Positions 7,744-13,808 of a DNA stretch of 13,808 nt are shown one piece after another. The position numbers and the translations under genes were made by a program. The notes below the pieces were generated by a model that searched no databases, was not told the origin of the DNA, and saw only the letters and a program-made list of their open reading frames with translations. The DNA lies in the UHGV virus genome UHGV-0313909; one strand, 5' to 3'. Origin of the DNA: a virus. How positions within the stretch are numbered: position 1 is the stretch's first letter; each line of letters starts with the position of its first letter.

Positions 7744-8840
7744 ATTTCAGCTCTGAACTGCTTAACAAGGGCAACAAAACTCCCGCATTCAGCATCAGTA
7801 TTGAGGGCAGGGATATCACTACTGTGCTGGACAACCGCCTGATGGGGCTTACGCTGACGGATAACCGGGGCTTTGAAGCGGACCAGCTTGATCTGGAGCT
7901 GGACGATGCTGACGGAAAAATCGTGCTGCCGCGCCGTGGTGCGGTCATTACGCTGGCGCTGGGCTGGAAGGGGCAGCCGCTTTTCCCGAAAGGGGCATTC
8001 ACGGTGGACGAGATTGAACACACTGGCGCACCGGACCGCCTGACTATCCGGGCGCGAAGTGCTGATTTTCGGGAAACGCTGAATACCCGCCGTGAAAAGT
8101 CGTGGCACAAGACCACGGTCGGGGAAGTGGTGAAGGAAATAGCCGCGCGGCACAAACTGAAGATGGCACTGGCTAAAGACTTGTCGGATAAACCCGTGGA
8201 GCATATAGACCAGACTAATGAGAGTGACGGCAGTTTTTTGATGCGGCTGGCGCGCCAGTACGGTGCTATTGCGTCGGTGAAAAATGGCAATCTGTTATTC
8301 ATCCGGCAGGGACAGGGTAAAAGTGCCAGCGGTAAACCACTACCGGTGATCACTATCACACGTAAGGATGGCGACAGTCACCGCTTTACCCTGGCAGATC
8401 GCGGAGCCTATACGGGCGTAATTGCCAGTTGGTTGCATACCCGCGAACCCGCGAAGAAAGAAAGCACAACGGTGAAGCGTAAGCGCAGGACTAAGAATCG
8501 GAAGAAAGAGCCGGAAGCGAAGCAGGGCGATTACCTGGTGGGTACGGATGAAAACGTGCTGGTACTTAATCGCACTTATGCCAACCGGAGCAACGCTGAA
8601 CGGGCAGCGAAAATGCAGTGGGAACGCCTGCAACGCGGCGTTGCGTCATTCTCGCTACAACTGGCGGAAGGTCGGGCAGATCTCTACACGGAAATGCCAG
8701 TGAAAGTCAGTGGCTTTAAACAGCCGATAGATGATGCGGAATGGACTATTACCACCCTGACGCATACTGTCAGCCCGGATAACGGTTTTACGACCAGTCT
8801 GGAGCTTGAAGTGAAGATTGATGATTTCGAAATGGAATGA
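7740..8840 (+). CDS. D: Tail protein D (P2 gpD family)
   Basis: 366-aa ORF with GTG start overlapping the U stop (GTGA); last gene of the tail operon before ogr, as in P2/186. Confidence 0.8.
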   Translation: MNFSSELLNKGNKTPAFSISIEGRDITTVLDNRLMGLTLTDNRGFEADQLDLELDDADGKIVLPRRGAVITLALGWKGQPLFPKGAFTVDEIEHTGAPDRLTIRARSADFRETLNTRREKSWHKTTVGEVVKEIAARHKLKMALAKDLSDKPVEHIDQTNESDGSFLMRLARQYGAIASVKNGNLLFIRQGQGKSASGKPLPVITITRKDGDSHRFTLADRGAYTGVIASWLHTREPAKKESTTVKRKRRTKNRKKEPEAKQGDYLVGTDENVLVLNRTYANRSNAERAAKMQWERLQRGVASFSLQLAEGRADLYTEMPVKVSGFKQPIDDAEWTITTLTHTVSPDNGFTTSLELEVKIDDFEME

Positions 8841-8930
8841 TTCTTCGCAATGGAGAACTTTTAAGTTTTCAAAATGGAATAATGCGGTATCATTATTGTG
8901 AATTTAGCAAAAATGGGGAGAACTCGAAAA

Positions 8931-9149
8931 ATGATGATTTGCCCACTGTGTGGAAGTGCCGCCCATACTCGCAGCAGTTTTCAGGTATCTTCATTGACCA
9001 AAGAGCGTTACAACCAGTGCCAGAACATTAACTGCAGCCATACTTTTGTTACCCATGAAACTTTTGTTCGTTCGATTGCAACGCCAAAAGAGTCAAATCC
9101 GGTTCAGCCGCATCCAATGAAATCAGGACAGGTGGCGCTCTCTCTTTGA
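8931..9149 (+). CDS. ogr: Ogr/Delta-family zinc-finger late transcription activator (186 B / P2 Ogr)
   Basis: MMICPLCGSAAHTRSSFQVSSLTKERYNQCQNINCSHTFVTHETF carries the C-x2-C...C-x4-C zinc-finger pattern of Ogr. Start moved to 8931 (GGGGAG SD upstream), giving 72 aa, the size of P2 Ogr. Confidence 0.85.
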   Translation: MMICPLCGSAAHTRSSFQVSSLTKERYNQCQNINCSHTFVTHETFVRSIATPKESNPVQPHPMKSGQVALSL

Positions 9150-9176
9150 CTCTGCCGCCATTTTTTCACCATTGCT

Positions 9177-9206
9177 AAAAACAGTGATTCTAAAAATCAT
9201 TGTTTT
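9177..9206. terminator. Candidate bidirectional hairpin between convergent ogr and the downstream minus-strand gene
   Basis: Imperfect inverted repeat AAAAACAGTGATT-cta-AAAATCATTGTTTT with A-run on one side and T-run on the other, in the 68-bp gap between two convergent stops. The stem is AT-rich, so predicted stability is low. Confidence 0.25.
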
Positions 9207-9217
9207 CGAATAAGTGC

Positions 9218-9721
9218 CTAGCATCCGATAAGGTCGTTTGCTTCAAACTTTGGCAAATGATACTCATTTGCCAAATGTTCGTTATCTTTGTTATTTTTTA
9301 AATATTTGTATTTTAATGTATTTTTATCTTCATTGTATGATAATAAAGCTTCCCCGATAGGAACATCACGCCACCCTATTTGAATGCAAAGAAGGATAGT
9401 GACCTGCCCTTTATGGTTTAGCTTACCCGAGAATGTAAAGGTGCATTTCTCTTCATCAAGGCTTGTTGATGAACAGTTAGTGATAGTCCCTCCCAAATTG
9501 CCGACGACATCTGATGACTCAATTTTTATGCTTATTATATTCTCATTATGGTTGCGAATATCACCAACATTGTTCCAGTTTTTTGAGACTAGAAGCTCAA
9601 TAATTCTTTTTTTCTTAAGGCGTTTTACTTCCTTTGCCTGTGGTGAGTATAAGAGGTATGCGGGTATGCCTGCTACAATCGTTGCTACAATTGCCAGCAC
9701 AGCTAATATAATGGTAACCAT
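9218..9721 (-). CDS. Hypothetical membrane-anchored protein, AT-rich cargo (moron) gene
   Basis: 167-aa ORF from ATG 9721-9719 with AAGGA SD 6 nt upstream. N-terminal hydrophobic helix followed by KEVKRLKKKR, then a Lys/Asn-rich ~140-aa domain. The track's 212-aa version starts at a TTG with no RBS and is discounted; ATG at 9748 is an alternative start. Confidence 0.55.
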   Translation of the reverse strand: MVTIILAVLAIVATIVAGIPAYLLYSPQAKEVKRLKKKRIIELLVSKNWNNVGDIRNHNENIISIKIESSDVVGNLGGTITNCSSTSLDEEKCTFTFSGKLNHKGQVTILLCIQIGWRDVPIGEALLSYNEDKNTLKYKYLKNNKDNEHLANEYHLPKFEANDLIGC

Positions 9722-9788
9722 CTGAAGTCCTTGTTCTTCTGCCGCCATTTTGCCGCCAAAGATAAGTAAAGTAGTTTCTAACTTATTG

Positions 9789-9818
9789 ATTATGGAATGG
9801 AAGAATAGCAGGCAACAA
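9789..9818 (-). promoter_or_regulatory. Candidate sigma70 promoter for the cargo gene
   Basis: On the minus strand: TTGTTG (9818-9813), 18-nt spacer, CATAAT (9794-9789); about 60 nt upstream of the ATG at 9721. Confidence 0.3.
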
Positions 9819-9901
9819 AAAACCCATTTATGTAAACGGGTTAATGAAAACAACAAGTTAGATTAAAAACAATAAGTTAGGTTGGTGGTCAGTGGTGGTT
9901 A

Positions 9902-10954
9902 TTACGGGGTAATGCCAACCGCTGCCGCCACTTTGTCGCCACTTGGCAGCGTTGCCAGAGGATTGAAACGGAGCGCCGTTTCCAGATGATCCGGTGCCAG
10001 ATGTGCGTAACGCATAGTCATTTTTATATCGTGGTGTCCGAGAATTTTTTGTAAGGCCAGAATGTTTCCACCCGACATCATGAAGTGCGCCGCAAACGTA
10101 TGGCGCAGAACGTGTGTGAGTTGACCGCGAGGGAGCACGATAGACGTTTTTTCCATCACGGATAAAAATTGAAAATAGCAGTCTGTGAAGAAATTGAACC
10201 CATCAAGCGCCATGATCTCTTCGTAAAGCTCTTTACTGATAGGGATACTTCTGTTTTTCTTCCCCTTCGTTCTTACAAAGGTAATTCGGTATTTGGTCAC
10301 CTGTGAACGAGTAAGATTTACGGCTTCTCGCCAGCGTGCGCCTGTGCTTAAGCATATCTTAACTACCAGTGCTAGAATTGGGTCCTGACGTTTGCAATCA
10401 GCCAGTAATTCAACAATCTGCTCATGGGTAAGCCATGCCATCTCTTTTTCTGCGATGGTGAATTTTCGCATGTTCTCCAGTGGGTTCGGATACGACCATT
10501 CGCCCAGACGGGATAGTTCGCTAAAAACACTACTTAGATAGCTTTGCTCCAGGTTAATGGTGACCGGGCTTGCTCCTTTCTTCCATTTCTCGCTGAAGTA
10601 GATCTCGCCTGTCAGGCGTTTATCTCGATAGTGGGCAAACATTTTAGAGGTGAGATCGGTTGCAAGAGGATTGCCCAGAGCGCCAACCATCAGCAGCAAT
10701 TTGTCATAGACATGCTGCCCAGCAGTCAGAGATTTACCATGTAGTTTGAACCATAGCTCAACCACGTCTTTCAGGGTTCGACGATCCACTGATTCGCCCA
10801 GCCATGGCTTTGATTCGGTTTCTTCCATAGTGTGACGCTCAAAAGCCAGAGCTTCGCCTTTGGTGGCGAATTGTTTACGCACACGACGCCCACTTCGTCC
10901 GGCGGGGTAACATTCGCAAAGCCATTTCCCTGTGGTGAGTTTTCGTACTGCCAT
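9902..10954 (-). CDS. int: Tyrosine integrase (P2/186 Int family)
   Basis: MAVRKLTTGKWLCECYPAGRSGRRVRKQFATKGEALAFERHT... parallels the P2 Int N-terminus (recalled); C-terminal catalytic region has ARWREA...HVLRHTFAAHFMMSGGNILALQKILGHHDIKMTMRYAHL with the R..H-x-x-R..Y signature. Start placed at the ATG of MAVRK (10954); the track's 402-aa version extends into AT-rich upstream sequence. Confidence 0.9.
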   Translation of the reverse strand: MAVRKLTTGKWLCECYPAGRSGRRVRKQFATKGEALAFERHTMEETESKPWLGESVDRRTLKDVVELWFKLHGKSLTAGQHVYDKLLLMVGALGNPLATDLTSKMFAHYRDKRLTGEIYFSEKWKKGASPVTINLEQSYLSSVFSELSRLGEWSYPNPLENMRKFTIAEKEMAWLTHEQIVELLADCKRQDPILALVVKICLSTGARWREAVNLTRSQVTKYRITFVRTKGKKNRSIPISKELYEEIMALDGFNFFTDCYFQFLSVMEKTSIVLPRGQLTHVLRHTFAAHFMMSGGNILALQKILGHHDIKMTMRYAHLAPDHLETALRFNPLATLPSGDKVAAAVGITP

Positions 10955-11142
10955 AAAAAATGCCCTCCAGTAGAGAGCATTTTTACTGTATGTATAACCA
11001 GTGTCAATGTATGAAATCCTACGACCATACATCTCACTGAAGCCATAATGAAGTTGGCTATTCTTTTTGCTATGTGAGCATGTAACTTTTGCGGTTAACC
11101 TGCGGCTCATTTTTATTTTAGACGCAGATATAAAAGCAAAAG

Positions 11143-11334
11143 TTATCGTGAGTTTTTAGTACAGATTTTTTTGGATTTACTAATAGTTCCATCATTGCAA
11201 ACGAATTTGCCATCTGAGGTACAGTGAGAAACACCTCCCTTTTTCCCTGAGCAGGGATAATTTCTAGCATAGGTAGTTAGTGGGTTTAATAACAAAGAAC
11301 ATGACAAAACCACAAAAAATACCTTACCAAGCAT
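11143..11334 (-). CDS. Small secreted cysteine-rich basic peptide (hypothetical)
   Basis: 63-aa ORF; strong SD GGGAGGA 5 nt before the ATG; starts 15 nt after the cI stop, so co-transcribed with cI. Predicted signal peptide [23 protein letters not shown]; mature ~40 aa with 4 Cys and many Lys. AT-rich. Confidence 0.5.
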   Translation of the reverse strand: MLGKVFFVVLSCSLLLNPLTTYARNYPCSGKKGGVSHCTSDGKFVCNDGTISKSKKICTKNSR

Positions 11335-11349
11335 AGTTTCCTCCCGGTA

Positions 11350-11919
11350 CTATTTAACATACTTGACTGTTAAACTTATAATTTTACCAATTATTTCAAT
11401 GTCTTCTATCTTACATTCGAAGGCTCTGTTTCCACCCTCGACGAAGATTCTTCCACCGGGTAAACGAGTAATGTCACGGATCGTTACTTCGCCATCAATA
11501 CTTATTACCCATTTACCATCACGTATATCATCAAATTCTTTATCACAAATAAATTCAGAATTGTTATCTGTGATGACAAAAGGTTTTTTAAACGTAGAGG
11601 GTAGAAATCCCTTATCAAAAATATAAAAACCGTCTTCACGCAAGGCACCATCAGATAATACATATTTAGCAACTTCCATAGTATTTGTATTACCTGAAGT
11701 TTGCTTTGAACCATGTCCGGTTGTGAGCCAATTAAGCGAGGTGCCCGTTTCAAGGGCGCACTGGATTACCCATTCTGCTGGGAATGAGTCACGCATGTAG
11801 CGTGTGGCGAGTGTACTTTTAGAGATTCCTAAATGATCGCACAACGCCTGTCGAGTTTTGAATCCATAAGCTTCTACCATGCGCTCTATAGCGCCTCGTC
11901 CGCCTTTCTCCAAATTCAT
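11350..11919 (-). CDS. cI: CI-type immunity repressor (phage 186 CI-like)
   Basis: 189 aa; N-terminal HTH region (AYGFKTRQALCDHLGISKSTLATRYMR) and C-terminal domain; size and position (upstream of int, divergent from apl/cII) as in 186. Start placed at ATG 11919 with GGAG SD rather than the track's GTG at 11925. Confidence 0.8.
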   Translation of the reverse strand: MNLEKGGRGAIERMVEAYGFKTRQALCDHLGISKSTLATRYMRDSFPAEWVIQCALETGTSLNWLTTGHGSKQTSGNTNTMEVAKYVLSDGALREDGFYIFDKGFLPSTFKKPFVITDNNSEFICDKEFDDIRDGKWVISIDGEVTIRDITRLPGGRIFVEGGNRAFECKIEDIEIIGKIISLTVKYVK

Positions 11920-11943
11920 GGTCACTCCAAGTGAACTTTTATC

Positions 11944-11972
11944 TTGACGATTTCATTGTGCGATCGTATGTT
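11944..11972 (+). promoter_or_regulatory. Candidate rightward early promoter (pR-like) for the apl-cII operon
   Basis: TTGACG (11944-11949), 17-nt spacer, TATGTT (11967-11972); about 70 bp upstream of the apl ATG, in the cI/apl divergent region. Confidence 0.45.
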
Positions 11973-12044
11973 TATGGTGTTCACAAAATACAAACGATCC
12001 GTATTCGTCCTGATTAATCATCATTAAACGAGGAATGTTGCATC

Positions 12045-12266
12045 ATGAGACCTAACATTTCAATCACTCTTACCACGCCTCATGTGACTATTGAGCGCTA
12101 TAGCGAGCTGACAGGGCTGTCCATCGATACCATCAATGACATGTTGGCTGACGGACGCCTTATCCGTCACCGTTTGCGCAAAGATAAAAAACGCGAAAAA
12201 GTGATGATCAACATAGCAGCCATGACCGTTGATGCGCTTTCAGAATGCAATCTAAACCTTAATTAG
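12045..12266 (+). CDS. apl: Apl/Cox-like small HTH protein (excisionase and switch regulator)
   Basis: 73-aa ORF with GAGGA SD; first gene of the rightward operon opposite cI; HTH-like segment [21 protein letters not shown]; position equals 186 apl / P2 cox. Confidence 0.65.
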   Translation: MRPNISITLTTPHVTIERYSELTGLSIDTINDMLADGRLIRHRLRKDKKREKVMINIAAMTVDALSECNLNLN

Positions 12267-12298
12267 TTCGATTCTGAAATACATCAGAGGCATTGACC

Positions 12299-12808
12299 AT
12301 GTTTGATTACCAAGTTTCCAAACATCCACATTTTGATGAAGCCTGTCGTGCATTTGCACTGCGCCACAATCTGGTGCAACTGGCAGAACGTGCAGGCATG
12401 AATGTGCAGATTCTGCGGAACAAGCTGAACCCAGCTCAGCCTCATCTATTAACCGCACCAGAAATCTGGCTGCTTACCGATCTGACTGAAGATTCAACGC
12501 TGGTAGATGGTTTTCTGGCACAGATTCATTGTCTGCCATGTGTACCGATTAATGAGGTGGCAAAAGAGAAACTGCCACATTACGTCATGAGTGCAACCGC
12601 AGAGATCGGGCGTGTTGCTGCAGGTGCGGTATTTGGCGATGTAAAAACCAGTGCAGGTCGTCGTGATGCTATCAGCAGCATTAACTCTGTAACACGACTG
12701 ATGGCGTTGGCTGCTGTTTCATTGCAGGCCCGTTTACAGGCTAACCCTGCGATGGCGAGTGCAGTTGATACCGTGACCGGCCTCGGTGCTTCATTCGGTT
12801 TGCTGTGA
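12299..12808 (+). CDS. cII: CII-like lysogeny establishment regulator (phage 186 CII-like)
   Basis: 169 aa from ATG 12299 (GAGG SD 8 nt upstream). [49 protein letters not shown]...[23 protein letters not shown] closely resembles 186 CII as I recall it, with the same length and position. Confidence 0.75.
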   Translation: MFDYQVSKHPHFDEACRAFALRHNLVQLAERAGMNVQILRNKLNPAQPHLLTAPEIWLLTDLTEDSTLVDGFLAQIHCLPCVPINEVAKEKLPHYVMSATAEIGRVAAGAVFGDVKTSAGRRDAISSINSVTRLMALAAVSLQARLQANPAMASAVDTVTGLGASFGLL

Positions 12809-12815
12809 GGTGCTT

Positions 12816-13112
12816 ATGCTGACGAAAGAACCATCATTTGCATCGCTGCTGGTAAAGCAAAGCCCGGCAATGCACTACGGTCACGGCTGGATCATGGGTG
12901 AGGATGGAAAACGCTGGCATCCATGTCATTCACAAGATGAATTGCTGTCTGAATTGACCACGAGGAAACGGAGAAAGTCAAAATGTATGCAGCGGAAAGT
13001 GAAGTGGTTTATCAGTTTTGTTACAGAGGGGAGAGTTATTCAGTACCTGAAGATGATTTGCTCTGTTGTTATCCGTCGTTGTCGGGCGATGGCAGTTACT
13101 TTTTCACGCTAA
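12816..13112 (+). CDS. Hypothetical early-operon protein (positional analogue of 186 fil); 3' extent uncertain
   Basis: ATG 12816 with GAGGTG SD just after the cII stop. The N-terminal ~55 aa look protein-like (MLTKEPSFASLLVKQSPAMHYGHGWIMGEDGKRWHPCHSQDELL), but the distal part overlaps the next gene in another frame and looks low-complexity. Confidence 0.4.
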   Translation: MLTKEPSFASLLVKQSPAMHYGHGWIMGEDGKRWHPCHSQDELLSELTTRKRRKSKCMQRKVKWFISFVTEGRVIQYLKMICSVVIRRCRAMAVTFSR

Positions 13113-13207
13113 AGGATGGGGCGTTTTTACGGGGAGAGCAGGTTAAAGAGACGGTACGAAAAAATGTATCTCCCCTTGAGCGTTACCGTAAGAACAAAGA
13201 ACGATAG
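12983..13207 (+). CDS. Hypothetical early-operon protein (positional analogue of 186 dhr)
   Basis: 74-aa ORF with GGAGAAAG SD 5 nt before the ATG; protein-like composition (MYAAESEVVYQFCYRGESYSVPEDDLLCCYPSLSGDGSYFFTLKDGAFLRGEQVKE...). Confidence 0.5.
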   Translation: MYAAESEVVYQFCYRGESYSVPEDDLLCCYPSLSGDGSYFFTLKDGAFLRGEQVKETVRKNVSPLERYRKNKER

Positions 13208-13229
13208 GTGCGTTTGGGGGATATGAAGT

Positions 13230-13571
13230 ATGGCAATTAATGGCGCTGCGGCGACTGTTCCATTAAGCCCCGGAGAACGCCTGAATGGACTTAATCACAT
13301 TGCGGAATTAAGGGCGAAAGTATTTGGCCTGAATATTGAGTCAGAGCTTGAGCGGTTTATTAAAGATATGCGTGATCCACGGGATATCAATAACGAACAA
13401 AATAAACGGGCACTGGCTGCCATATTCTTTATGGCAAAAATTCCAGCTGAACGTCATAGCATCAGCATTAATGAGCTGACCACTGACGAAAAGCGGGAGT
13501 TGATTAAAGCAATGAATCATTTTCGTGCAGTGGTGAGCTTATTTCCCAGACGGCTAACCATGCCGAATTAA
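13230..13571 (+). CDS. Hypothetical early-operon protein
   Basis: 113-aa ORF with GGGGGA SD 8 nt upstream; no family recognised by eye. Confidence 0.5.
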   Translation: MAINGAAATVPLSPGERLNGLNHIAELRAKVFGLNIESELERFIKDMRDPRDINNEQNKRALAAIFFMAKIPAERHSISINELTTDEKRELIKAMNHFRAVVSLFPRRLTMPN

Positions 13572-13808
13572 CCAACCAATGAAATTAATGGCGTAAACCC
13601 GCCGGGCACTGAGAGATCCCCTCATAATTTCCCCAAAACGTAACCATGTGTGAATAGATTTTGAGTAAGCAGGGTTGCAGCCACGAGTGAGTCTTCCCTT
13701 GTTATTGTGTAGCCAGAATGCCGCAAAACTTCCATGCCTAAGCGAACTGTTGAGAGTACGTTTCGATTTCTGACTGTGTTAGCCTGGAAGTGCTTGTCCC
13801 AACCTTGT

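Noticed and set aside
6341-8633. Overlapping or antisense ORFs within T, U and D (6341-6775, 6369-6569, 6769-7150, 6924-7115, 7323-7668, 7554-8359, 8340-8633)
   Set aside because: Same reasoning: embedded in well-supported coding regions with no independent signals.
8831-8930. Recurring AATGG(A/G) motifs (four copies) in the D-ogr intergenic region
   Set aside because: Short motif at irregular spacing (18, 24 and 39 bp) in an AT-rich 100-bp stretch; could easily be chance. Not reported as a regulatory site.
8837-9031. 64-aa ORF overlapping the ogr start, and the 83-aa extended ogr ORF
   Set aside because: Ogr-family proteins begin at the zinc finger (MMICPLCG); the ATG at 8931 has a GGGGAG SD. 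The upstream extension and the other frame are not supported.
9384-9725. 113-aa + strand ORF antisense to the cargo gene
   Set aside because: Overlaps the better-supported minus-strand CDS, which has an RBS and a signal-anchor; no RBS of its own.
9218-9856. 212-aa version of the cargo ORF from the ORF track
   Set aside because: Its first codon is TTG with no RBS; the in-frame ATG at 9721 has an AAGGA SD and begins directly at the transmembrane helix.
9150-9901. tRNA or tmRNA 3'-end fragment expected at a P2/186-type attP
   Set aside because: No sequence resembling a tRNA acceptor/T-arm or the tmRNA 3' end was recognised; the attP core is therefore only tentatively suggested from a palindrome.
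9902-11110. 402-aa extended integrase ORF
   Set aside because: The N-terminal 52 codons run through AT-rich sequence containing the LexA-like dyad; the recalled P2 Int N-terminus aligns with the internal MAVRKL start at 10954.
10544-12458. Small ORFs at 10544-10744, 10771-11046, 10832-11014, 11363-11626, 11505-11753 and 12252-12458
   Set aside because: All are antisense to or embedded in int, cI or cII, which are supported by family-specific motifs.
13572-13808. Possibility that the right-edge non-coding stretch is a retron msr-msd RNA gene (retron Ec67 is reported to reside in a 186-like prophage)
   Set aside because: I could not find convincing a1/a2-type terminal inverted repeats or other retron hallmarks by eye, and no reverse transcriptase gene is in the window. 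Kept only as a low-interest unexplained region.

Overview
This window reads as a segment of a P2/186-family temperate phage of an enterobacterium, closest in organisation to coliphage 186. All identifications are by eye and from memory; no database or HMM search was run. Left to right: (1) the right half of a Mu/P1/e14-type invertible tail-fibre segment (end of the expressed tfa on +, a silent inverted tfa' and fibre C-terminal segment on -, a 26-bp hix/gix-like crossover site) followed by a Gin/Hin/Pin-family serine invertase; (2) the tail module: sheath FI, tube FII, chaperone E with a TTTTTTG -1 frameshift giving E+E', tape measure T, U, D, and the Ogr/B zinc-finger late activator; (3) an AT-rich, independently signalled gene for a membrane-anchored protein between ogr and int, where P2 and 186 carry only attP; (4) a P2-type tyrosine integrase; (5) a small secreted cysteine-rich peptide gene wedged between cI and int; (6) a 186-type CI repressor, a face-to-face switch region, Apl/Cox-like and CII-like genes, and three small early-operon ORFs. 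The two AT-rich cargo genes (9218-9721 and 11143-11334) are the best candidates for undescribed accessory functions; neither has a function I can assign from sequence. The ogr-int adjacency implies an unintegrated (attP-intact) gene order. No tRNA, rRNA, CRISPR array or IS element was recognised.
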